DNA of 42,137 nucleotides from Oligoflexia bacterium. Lineage in GTDB: Bacteria; Bdellovibrionota; UBA1018; CAIMNF01. The stretch spans positions 1 to 42,137 of the forward strand of contig CAIOKW010000037.1 of assembly GCA_903858975.1 (NCBI GenBank), read 5' to 3'. Positions 34,634 through 41,893 of this stretch are shown piece after piece (position 1 is the stretch's first letter; each line of letters starts with the position of its first letter). Below the pieces are notes generated by a model, which was not told the DNA's origin, searched no databases, and worked only from the letters and a program-made list of their open reading frames with translations. The translations under genes and the position numbers were made by a program.

Positions 34634-35587
34634 CTAGGCTAAATTTTTTAGATATTCATCGAGCTTATCCAGTGACCCAGTCCATCCTTGGGTCATCCCA
34701 CTCTTAGCGCTTTTAAAAGTGTCGCGCTCCTCTTGGGAGGCTACACCAAAAACCTCCCACTGAAGAGTGATCCGAGTCTTTTGGGGGCCTTCTTCAAAAA
34801 AGCGCACCGATGTCTTCATGGCTTCAGGCCAGGTGGGAGCCATCGGGTGACGAGCGGTATTCCCATTACTATCCGCAAAATTTTGAATATAGACGAGGTA
34901 TGAAGGCTTGATCATTTCAATATATTTGGCTTTGCCATACATAGCGAAGTCAGGATTAGACATTTTATAAAAGGATTCACCACCCGGGCGAATATCTGCG
35001 CTTAAAAATTCTCCAGTGAGACCCGCTGGAGGCGTCCAGTTCATAATATGTTTGGGATGGGTCCAGGATTCATAGAGGGTTTCAATGTCGGCATCAAAGG
35101 AGCGATTGATCACAAATATTTCCTTGCCAGAGTTTTGTTTTTCTAGAAACTCCGCCAGGCGATCCCAGGTTGAATCTCCACCCGCAATTTTGATAAATTT
35201 ACGCGTTTCGTCTGCAGCCTCCGGTGTAGGGAAAATCATGGTCATTTCCATTTCGGTTTTGTCGCCTAAATCATGAAATGAAACTTTAACTCGAAACATC
35301 GGGGGTTTGTCTTCAAAGCCACCGTGGTCATAAACTAAATATCGAAAGGGATCGACCTCGAGAAATTGGGTGTGATTGGGATAAGTAACCCCGTCTGGAC
35401 CGAGCATGGTGTAAAGCCAATCGCCACCTGTTCTTACTTCTTTCCTTACGGTTGAAATCGTAAAGCCTCGCGGCCCCCACCACTGAGCCACTTGTTCAGG
35501 ATCTACCCACGCTTCCCACACTTGCGGAATCTTAGCGTTATAAATTCGTGTGATGTACAGTTCATTGGGTTTGTTTTTATCTGACAT
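34634..35587 (-). CDS. SRPBCC-superfamily protein with two tandem AHSA1 (activator of Hsp90 ATPase 1-like) domains
   Basis: Two repeats of the pattern (ITRIYNAKIPQVWEAWVDPEQVAQWWGP... and INRSFDADIETLYESWTHPKHIMNWTPP...). ATG 35587 is 6 nt after AAGGAA; the track start at 35611 adds 8 aa. Confidence 0.7.
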   Translation of the reverse strand: MSDKNKPNELYITRIYNAKIPQVWEAWVDPEQVAQWWGPRGFTISTVRKEVRTGGDWLYTMLGPDGVTYPNHTQFLEVDPFRYLVYDHGGFEDKPPMFRVKVSFHDLGDKTEMEMTMIFPTPEAADETRKFIKIAGGDSTWDRLAEFLEKQNSGKEIFVINRSFDADIETLYESWTHPKHIMNWTPPAGLTGEFLSADIRPGGESFYKMSNPDFAMYGKAKYIEMIKPSYLVYIQNFADSNGNTARHPMAPTWPEAMKTSVRFFEEGPQKTRITLQWEVFGVASQEERDTFKSAKSGMTQGWTGSLDKLDEYLKNLA

Positions 35588-35700
35588 TTCTATTTCCTTT
35601 GTGCTCGTCATCAGGCCTTAGAGTGCACGATGCACGCAGGAGTCCTTACTTTTAGTGAGTCTGACTGAAATATTAATATGGGAAAATGAAAATTGAGGAG

Positions 35701-35715
35701 AAAAATGGCGGGCCC
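35701..35715 (+). repeat. Left copy of a short imperfect direct repeat (AAAAATGGCGGGCCC) bracketing the AT-rich islet; the right copy is at 41853-41867 (AAAAATGGCGGACCT)
   Basis: There is a 13/15 identity, including an exact 11-mer, at the two points where conserved chromosomal genes give way to accessory genes. It is short enough to be chance. Confidence 0.25.
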
Positions 35716-35835
35716 GGGTTCGCCTTCCGTTCGCCCGGGAAAATCTAAGTCAGCCGTCGTGGCTGCCTTACTGCGTCCGATTCAGTGAATCGTCCGCAGC
35801 CGATTTTCCCATTCTCACCCTTTCGACCCCGCCAT
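35703..35835 (-). ncRNA. Candidate structured RNA (unclassified): a small RNA or a riboswitch/attenuator-like leader of the SRPBCC gene
   Basis: Closing helix 35707-35712 / 35828-35833 (GGCGGG/CCCGCC). Three internal hairpins: 35713-18/35734-39; 35751-55/35761-65; 35771-75+35778-83 / 35787-92+35795-99. A competing 9-bp helix is 35737-45 / 35802-10. On the minus strand it ends ...CCCGCCAUUUUU, about 115 nt upstream of the SRPBCC start. The strand call rests only on the U-tract. Confidence 0.4.
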
Positions 35836-36128
35836 TTACGAAAGGACGCATAAAAATAGAAATACCCTTTTTAAGGCAGTCACCGGAGCCATCGATGGCG
35901 ATAGCAGTGCAAAGGCAGGATGCCTGATGCTTTGAAGTTGTTTTATTTTATATGGGGAAGTGTTTGAAAATGGCGATTAAGCCGTTTGAAATGCACCAGC
36001 GCAACCCGCTGATTTAAATGGTTAAAAGTTTTGCAGACTCAGAGATCATCGCATAGATCAGGGCAATTTTCAAGCCATTTCTGCCTCTTTGCGTTACAGG
36101 TGGCACGATCCTTCCATTAGGTGAGTGC

Positions 36129-36422
36129 ATGAAACCAGTGAAAAAGAAAAAGACGAAAAGTAAGATCTACAGTTGTGAGGCCTATGTTCAGTTCATCGAA
36201 CCTGGAACCCAAAAGCGGGTTTGGAAGTGGGTAGTTCGTTCTGCCTCGATCGTCACCAAGAAGGACAAAATTCGATGCCAGTTTTGTAGTGCTCCGGTGG
36301 TTCTGCATCAAGGCGGCAAAGTCACCGCACATGTTGAGCACATGCGCGATTCACCGTCGGTCGAAACATGTGTGGTCGGGAGTAAGTTTAAAACGAATCA
36401 GGCCTCAGAGAGCGGAGCTTGA
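36129..36422 (+). CDS. Small basic protein with a putative Zn-ribbon (CoiA-N-terminal-like CxxC...HxxH)
   Basis: 97 aa with a Lys-rich N-terminus (MKPVKKKKTKSK) and RCQFCSAPVVLHQGGKVTAHVEH. It is the first gene of an AT-rich plus-strand module. Confidence 0.5.
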   Translation: MKPVKKKKTKSKIYSCEAYVQFIEPGTQKRVWKWVVRSASIVTKKDKIRCQFCSAPVVLHQGGKVTAHVEHMRDSPSVETCVVGSKFKTNQASESGA

Positions 36423-36424
36423 TT

Positions 36425-36763
36425 ATGCCAAGGAAAAAAAGAACCCAGACTACACCTGTGGCAAAATTTATTCGACGGCTTCAGCGTGAAAAAGGTCTGA
36501 CCGCAAAAGCAATATCAGATATTGCTGGATGTTCGCCTTCGATTATTAGCTCATGGTCTTCGGGGTCATCATGGCCTTGCGAAGCAGTCATTCATCTCAA
36601 AAAACTCTGTGAGCATTTTGGTGAATCATTCTCCGTGGCGCTTACAGGCGAACCTGAGCGAAAGGTCAAAAGTTTCAGTGAACTTGATTCCATGTTTGAT
36701 CATGTGGAAGTATTCGATGGTTATGCGAAAATTAAATTGGTGAAGCTTGTACTGAGAAAATAA
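36425..36763 (+). CDS. XRE-family helix-turn-helix transcriptional regulator
   Basis: KFIRRLQREKGLTAKAISDIAGCSPSIISSWSSG is a classic HTH_3 pattern. ATG 36425 lies 2 nt after the upstream stop, with GGAG 8 nt upstream. Confidence 0.7.
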   Translation: MPRKKRTQTTPVAKFIRRLQREKGLTAKAISDIAGCSPSIISSWSSGSSWPCEAVIHLKKLCEHFGESFSVALTGEPERKVKSFSELDSMFDHVEVFDGYAKIKLVKLVLRK

Positions 36764-36825
36764 TTAGCACCGGCTAGATTAACTCATTGAAAGTATTCCG
36801 TTAATGTTGCTCACTTATATTTTAT

Positions 36826-37272
36826 ATGTTACTTTTCATAAGTATGATTAGCTTTTTTTTGATTTTCAGTTTTTTCCTTCCAACCAGCTCTTACGCAAAT
36901 AACAAAGAATGTTGGAGTGACACATCGAAGTCCTGTTCGCTTTCCGGATCTCTGGAGCTTCATACCTATCCTGGTCGTCCTGGCTATCAGGACATTAAAA
37001 AAGGTGATGAAGCTGAAACTGGGCTTTATTTAAAACTAGACCAGCCCATTACCATTCACTTTAAAGATTGGATTGATGAAAAGGAAATTTCTGCAACTGA
37101 ACAGATTTCGCTGATGCATATCGCAGGAGAATTTAACGACAAGTTTTTTAGAATAGCTAAAAATAAAAATCATGTTTCTATTGATAGTCTGGTTTTTGAA
37201 GCACAAAACGGGCATCATCACACCCATTTCTTGATTGATGCGAATAATAATATTGTTGTGGATAAAAAATGA
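36826..37272 (+). CDS. Secreted hypothetical protein, DUF4431-like
   Basis: 148 aa with signal peptide MLLFISMISFFLIFSFFLPTSSYA. GSLELHTYPGRPGYQDIKKGDEAETGLYLKLDQPITI resembles the DUF4431 pattern. The match is from memory and was not searched. Confidence 0.45.
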   Translation: MLLFISMISFFLIFSFFLPTSSYANNKECWSDTSKSCSLSGSLELHTYPGRPGYQDIKKGDEAETGLYLKLDQPITIHFKDWIDEKEISATEQISLMHIAGEFNDKFFRIAKNKNHVSIDSLVFEAQNGHHHTHFLIDANNNIVVDKK

Positions 37273-37940
37273 GTTCGGATCAATACGTCAAAGCTAGAGG
37301 TGGTCCGAATAATATCACTATTTATTATACAAGCGACAATCGACTGATGATCCGATCTGGTGGCACTTGGACTTGGAGAAATAATAATCCTGGAAATATG
37401 GAACACGGAAATTATTCGAAGAATAATGGATGCATTGGTTACTCGGGTGGATTTGCAGTTTTTCCTACACCCGAACAAGGCGAGATTGCATTAAGGGATC
37501 TTTTAAAAAACGGTTATAAAGGTTCAAGTTTGCAAAATATGATCAAACGCTATGCGCCTAAAAAAGATAAAAATAGCCCGCAGAAATATCTGAAGTTTAT
37601 TTTGTCAAAAATTGGAGTGAAAAACCCAAAAACTATGGTGAGAGATCTTGACTCGAAACAGTTTGAAGGTTTGGTGACTGCAATCAAAAAATTCGAAGGC
37701 TGGGAAATTGGACACATCAATCTCCCACTTCGAATTACAAAAGTTTTGAAAGATCCAAAAAAGAAAGTGATTGTCGCCTACTACGTTGAAAAAATGGGCT
37801 GGATTGAAAAAGATCAAGCGATTGCACTTTCTGAAAATCACAAAATTGATGGAGTGGTAGCAAGATCAAGTACAGGGAGTCTTTACATCAGAACCAGACA
37901 CGATGTGATGATCACTAACAATCTGGGAGTGTTGGGATAG
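37269..37940 (+). CDS. Hypothetical protein with a WRNNNPGN motif domain (phage/virion-associated-like)
   Basis: 223 aa; the ATG overlaps the upstream stop (ATGA). The WTWRNNNPGNMEHG...GFAVFPTPEQGEIALRDLL...YAP motif block is one I have seen in phage-encoded proteins. Function unknown. Confidence 0.45.
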   Translation: MSSDQYVKARGGPNNITIYYTSDNRLMIRSGGTWTWRNNNPGNMEHGNYSKNNGCIGYSGGFAVFPTPEQGEIALRDLLKNGYKGSSLQNMIKRYAPKKDKNSPQKYLKFILSKIGVKNPKTMVRDLDSKQFEGLVTAIKKFEGWEIGHINLPLRITKVLKDPKKKVIVAYYVEKMGWIEKDQAIALSENHKIDGVVARSSTGSLYIRTRHDVMITNNLGVLG

Positions 37941-37979
37941 CCAGTCTGGGAATAGGAGAGAATAAATGGTTGCAGTGCT

Positions 37980-38390
37980 CTACTCATAATACAATGAAAC
38001 AGGACCCTCAGTTGTGCCTGCATAGACTCCCGAAGTTGTCGCTTCATCAGTTTTATAAGATAATTTTTTTTCAAATCCAATTTCCTTGAGACGCGCCCTA
38101 ACCCTCATGACGTCAGCAACGTCTGATGAATCGTAGGTGTAAACACAAATCACTTTAATGAATGGATTCTTTGCGAGTTCGTTTGATTTTGAAGTTGCTA
38201 CCTTGGCTGCCATTCCAAGCCGCCCAGCAATGGTTTCATCGTGGATCAGCTTCCAATATTGATCTATTTTTTTGAAAGAAGTGAAAATTAACCATTTACC
38301 CGATCTGTCAGTCCAGTCGGTAGGGGGATTTGGATTTTCAGCATGAACCCAGTACGCATCTCTAATTTTGGATGGTGGTCTCGAGTTCAT
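37980..38390 (-). CDS. DUF1917 / Bles03-like ('putative phosphothreonine lyase'-annotated family) small protein
   Basis: 136 aa; the ATG overlaps the helicase stop (ATGA on the minus strand). GKWLIF, W..IHDETIAGRLG.AAKV, VICVYTYDSSD and SYKTDEATTSGVY match the family pattern as I recall it. Confidence 0.55.
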   Translation of the reverse strand: MNSRPPSKIRDAYWVHAENPNPPTDWTDRSGKWLIFTSFKKIDQYWKLIHDETIAGRLGMAAKVATSKSNELAKNPFIKVICVYTYDSSDVADVMRVRARLKEIGFEKKLSYKTDEATTSGVYAGTTEGPVSLYYE

Positions 38391-40879
38391 TTGAAATCGA
38401 ACTCCGGCGCGGGTGTATCTTGGACCCGCTTTAGCGGTCGGCCTCCGGAAAACATTCCCATCGGCTCTCGGATTGAGTAGCCCATTTTTAGATAAGCCCT
38501 AATTCTGTTTCTATACATTTTTACGAGCATGGCACTATACGAATCAACGAAGTCGATAATTTGGACTTTAGTTTTTCCTTCCGCTAGACGGTGGATACGG
38601 CCTGCATATTGAACCATCCGTCCTTCGAATGAAAGTGGGGTCGCTAAAATCAGGGCATCTAGTTCCGGTAGATCAAACCCCTCGCCAATTAACGATCCTG
38701 TGGACATAAGGAGCAGTGGTTTTTTTGCGTCGAGAGCTGTCTGGATTTGTTCGAGCGCTAGCTTTCTTTGCTTTGACGTTAAATCACCATCGAGTCGGAT
38801 GATCTCTAATTCCATCGCAACGGCTTCAAGCTGTTTCTTAATCTCTGCTGCTATTTGATCGAGATGGTCTTTTCGATCGGACACGAGTAGTGGAAAATGT
38901 CCATTTTGTATTGATTCAATGGTTAGTTTTGCAATCTTTTGATTTCTGGATTCATCATTCACCAAATAATTGATGAGGACCTGATGCGGTGGCCTGTGGC
39001 CGATTTCATCCGGTGTTTTGAATCCAGTTTCATGGATCACTACAGATTTACTGAGTACGCCACCATCTGCGGTAATAATTTCATGCTTTACAGGGCCGCA
39101 TTGTTGAAAAAGGATTTTCTCTAATCCATCTTTTCGATAAGGCGTTGCGGTCAGCCCCAATATGTATCGCGCCGGAATTCTTTTCAAAATATCCTCAAAC
39201 GTTTTCGCTGGGATGTGATGGCACTCATCAATAATTATCTGAGAATAATTTTGAGCAATCTCCACAACGTCCTCAACGTGACGGAGTGAGTGCATGCTTG
39301 CAACATCAATCTTTCCAGTTAGTTTCTTTTTGGTTCCGGAAAGAACACCGATTTCCTTTGACGGAATGCCCAAAAACTCAGTGATCCGTTTCTTCCATTG
39401 TTCGAGAAGTTCCTGCCGATGAACAAGTATAAGGGTAGAAACCTTTCTTTGAGCAATGATCGCACACCCTATGACTGTTTTTCCAGATCCGGGAGGCGCA
39501 ACTAAAATACCAATATCGACCGATTTCCAAGCCTTGAGTGCATTCTGTTGCACTGGTTTGAACTCACCTGTAAACTCTACCTTAACTTTCCTCTTCGCAA
39601 TTCTCTCATCACGAATAATGATCTTGGCACCCGCCTTGGTGAGAATTTTGACAATATTATCTAGAACGCCTCGAGGGAGAATAATTTGATCGGGCGTGAT
39701 TTGACCGGAAAAAATAAATCTTGGTTTATCGTAAGTATCCATCCTCATGCGTTGAAACTTATAAAACTCTGGGTTTGGAAAGCTTGCGGTTTTCCTAAGC
39801 TTTGCAACTATTTTTCCAGAAAGGAATTCAAGAGGAACTGCAATCATTGCCCCGAAGGAAATTTCGATCGTCTTGCCTTCTAGCGAGTAATCAATTTGGT
39901 CGGCTGTGGTTTTATCTAATATTGCTTGATCAGTCACCCAAGAGACATCATCAAAGCCGTCGGTCTTTTTGATTTGAGTTACTTTGGGAATCCACTGATC
40001 GAGGATGCTAGTTACCTCGTTGAGTGAGATTCTTCGAACTTGACTGAGGTACTCCCACTGATTGTCGAAAGAAATGAGCTTGTCATTCAAAAAGCTAGAA
40101 TTTCCTTTTTCTCGCGGTACTTTTTGAAGTGGGAGAGCGATAAGATTTCCAAATCCACCATTGGGTAAATAATCTTGGGAAGGAAAAAGTCGGTCGTATG
40201 AATCTAAACTTAGATGAATGTTGATTTCGGAGCATTTTGCTAAGATCAGTGTGCCAAGGGCCCTTGCAATTCTTGCCGGAATTGGTTCCTCAAAAAAAAT
40301 CCAAGCGTGAGCGCCATTACCTGATCTTGATCTTTCGATTGCAACATCAACTCCTAATTCTCGGGCGGTTTTTTGATAAGCGAGCACATCTTTAGACCAA
40401 GCCGATTTATCAAAGTCAGCTGCAAGAAAGGTACAGGTATCGTCCTCACGGATAGCATAGGTTCCGATGGTTTTCCCCAGCAAGTGCGCATTTGCGGCGG
40501 CCTCATCCAGAGGAAGAAACTTTTGAAAAGTGCAGGCAGTACATTTTATTTTTGGCTTCTGACAAATTGGCTTTACCCACTCGTTTGCACAGACTGGCGC
40601 GTAGCCCTGTTTTCCAGTCTTTGGGTTTTCCCATCTCTTTGGAAAAACATCGGATCGGCACCGGAACAATTTTAGAAACAGAGCAACTTTTTCTTCAGGT
40701 TTAAGAGGGGTTTGCTCTAAAGCCCTTCGTCCGAGAAGTGGTGGAAGCGGTTTATTAGCAGGAGCATCGGCAAGGGACTCATTTTTTAATGAGTTCAATT
40801 GCAGGACGAGCTTGGCTCGCTCCTCATCGAGAGTAGCTAATCTTTCTTCAATTTTTCGAATGTCATTCTCAGTACTCAT
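38387..40879 (-). CDS. Fusion protein: coiled coil + Cys4 + archaeo-eukaryotic primase (AEP/PrimPol-like) domain + SF2 DExH helicase
   Basis: 830 aa. Residues 1-35 are heptad-like (IRKIEERLATLDEERAKLVLQLNSLKNE), followed by a Cys4 segment (CANEWVKPICQKPKIKCTAC). AEP motif I is FLAADFDKS (DxD) and motif II is SGNGAHAWIFF (sxH). The helicase carries Walker A VAPPGSGKT, IIDECHHIP, LGLTATP, GEGFDLPELDALILATP and QYAGRIHR. Confidence 0.8.
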   Translation of the reverse strand: MSTENDIRKIEERLATLDEERAKLVLQLNSLKNESLADAPANKPLPPLLGRRALEQTPLKPEEKVALFLKLFRCRSDVFPKRWENPKTGKQGYAPVCANEWVKPICQKPKIKCTACTFQKFLPLDEAAANAHLLGKTIGTYAIREDDTCTFLAADFDKSAWSKDVLAYQKTARELGVDVAIERSRSGNGAHAWIFFEEPIPARIARALGTLILAKCSEINIHLSLDSYDRLFPSQDYLPNGGFGNLIALPLQKVPREKGNSSFLNDKLISFDNQWEYLSQVRRISLNEVTSILDQWIPKVTQIKKTDGFDDVSWVTDQAILDKTTADQIDYSLEGKTIEISFGAMIAVPLEFLSGKIVAKLRKTASFPNPEFYKFQRMRMDTYDKPRFIFSGQITPDQIILPRGVLDNIVKILTKAGAKIIIRDERIAKRKVKVEFTGEFKPVQQNALKAWKSVDIGILVAPPGSGKTVIGCAIIAQRKVSTLILVHRQELLEQWKKRITEFLGIPSKEIGVLSGTKKKLTGKIDVASMHSLRHVEDVVEIAQNYSQIIIDECHHIPAKTFEDILKRIPARYILGLTATPYRKDGLEKILFQQCGPVKHEIITADGGVLSKSVVIHETGFKTPDEIGHRPPHQVLINYLVNDESRNQKIAKLTIESIQNGHFPLLVSDRKDHLDQIAAEIKKQLEAVAMELEIIRLDGDLTSKQRKLALEQIQTALDAKKPLLLMSTGSLIGEGFDLPELDALILATPLSFEGRMVQYAGRIHRLAEGKTKVQIIDFVDSYSAMLVKMYRNRIRAYLKMGYSIREPMGMFSGGRPLKRVQDTPAPEFDFK

Positions 40880-40885
40880 GGTTCC

Positions 40886-41721
40886 TTAGAACTCCATTTT
40901 CTCCAATTGTGCAATTATTTCATCAAATGCCTGACGACATTTTGGGGCATTCTTGATTCCCGAGACTGCACTTGCCCAACCCTTTTCTAACAAGGTGAGG
41001 TCAATGCTTTTAAGGTGTAGTGCTAGGTTCTTTGGAAGATTGGTTTCTCGATATTGAAAACAAGCCGCCAAGGCATCACGAAGAATCTTAGAATTTGCCC
41101 TGAGCAGGAACTGCGAAAGATCAAATACATCTTTGGAACGTGAATTCTCGGATCCGCGTTCGACAAGAGCATGGATTTTTTCTGCAATCATCGTCTCGAT
41201 AGGATAGACTTGCCAGCTAATTCTATTGTTTCCCAGAAGTTCATCTGATTGGTGTTGAATTGGTCCAGGGGTTACCGGGTCGCCAATCCCTAGGTCGAAA
41301 TGAAGAAGTTGAGCTCGTCTTATGTCCGTGAGTGGTTCACCGATTCCCGACCGAAAGACAAGTCGGATTCCCCCATATTCTCCTTGGGTTTTAAGGTCGA
41401 CTTCTTTTTCAAACTTGAACCAAACACAATCATTCTGATCTGTTTCGGCGGCAATTTTGATCAAATCCAAGCTCAGGCGCAAACCATTTTGATGAGAAGC
41501 GCATCCAAATCGATGGTATATCTGGGTGATTCATAAATTCTTAATCCTACATACCCGCCTTTGAATATGAGAGAAGAATAGAGTTTTTTATTTGATGTTA
41601 AGCGGACAATGAGGCGTTCAATCAAAAATTCTGTTGCGAGGTTTTGATAGGTACTGCCCTGCTTGATTGCAAGATTTGAAAGCTTTTGTGTTACTGATCG
41701 CGCTTGATCTTTTAGATTCAC
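40886..41721 (-). pseudogene. AbiEii/AbiGii-family nucleotidyltransferase toxin, disrupted by a single-base frameshift
   Basis: Track ORFs 41473-41721 (FLIERLIVRL...LIFKGGYVGLRIYESPRYTIDLDAL) and 40886-41482 (GGIRLVFR...HFDLGIGDPV...ETMIAEKIHALVERG...SKDVFDL) are the N- and C-halves of one ~278-aa AbiEii protein in different frames. They join at an AAAATGGTTTG stretch (about 41473-41490). The stop lies 6 nt from the primase-helicase start. Confidence 0.7.
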
Positions 41722-41885
41722 GGGATAATGGCCTCCCAGTGCTTTTCAAGGACCGCTTTTAGTTTTAGCTGTACTGCCATCTTGCCGAGCTTTGATTCAG
41801 TAGTTAGCCCGGTTTGAAGCGCTTTTGAATCTCTTGGAATGGTTCGAAAGAAAAAAATGGCGGACCTACCTGGATGAGTTTAGAA
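41720..41885 (-). pseudogene. Possible 3' remnant of the cognate AbiEi antitoxin gene
   Basis: A roughly 55-codon open frame (...RTIPRDSKALQTGLTTESKLGKMAVQLKLKAVLEKHWEAIIP*) has a TGA that overlaps the AbiEii GTG start (GTGA), the usual TA coupling. There is no room for a full-length antitoxin before the creatininase-family gene at 41894. Confidence 0.3.
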
Positions 41886-41893
41886 CCGCTTGT

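Noticed and set aside
35703-35835. tRNA, tmRNA or SRP (4.5S) RNA identity for the structured element.
   Set aside because: It is too long (127 nt) and has no GTTCRANNC T-loop for a tRNA or tmRNA tRNA-like domain. There is no tag-peptide ORF or tmRNA-sized body. It contains CGGAAGG but not the flanking GGUCC...GGAAGCAGCC helix-8 consensus of SRP RNA. A TPP-like UGAGA is present but the P3 hairpin and the pyrophosphate-sensor helix are not.
38387-40879. Type I or type III restriction R subunit, or a Hachiman HamB-type helicase.
   Set aside because: No methyltransferase, specificity subunit or DUF1837 partner is adjacent, and there is no nuclease (PD-(D/E)xK) motif. The N-terminal half carries AEP primase motifs instead.
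41473-41721. Treating 41473-41721 and 40886-41482 as two separate small genes.
   Set aside because: Together they reconstitute the N- and C-terminal halves of a single AbiEii-family protein. The second 'start' is a TTG created by the ORF caller, so a frameshifted pseudogene or a sequencing error is the simpler reading.
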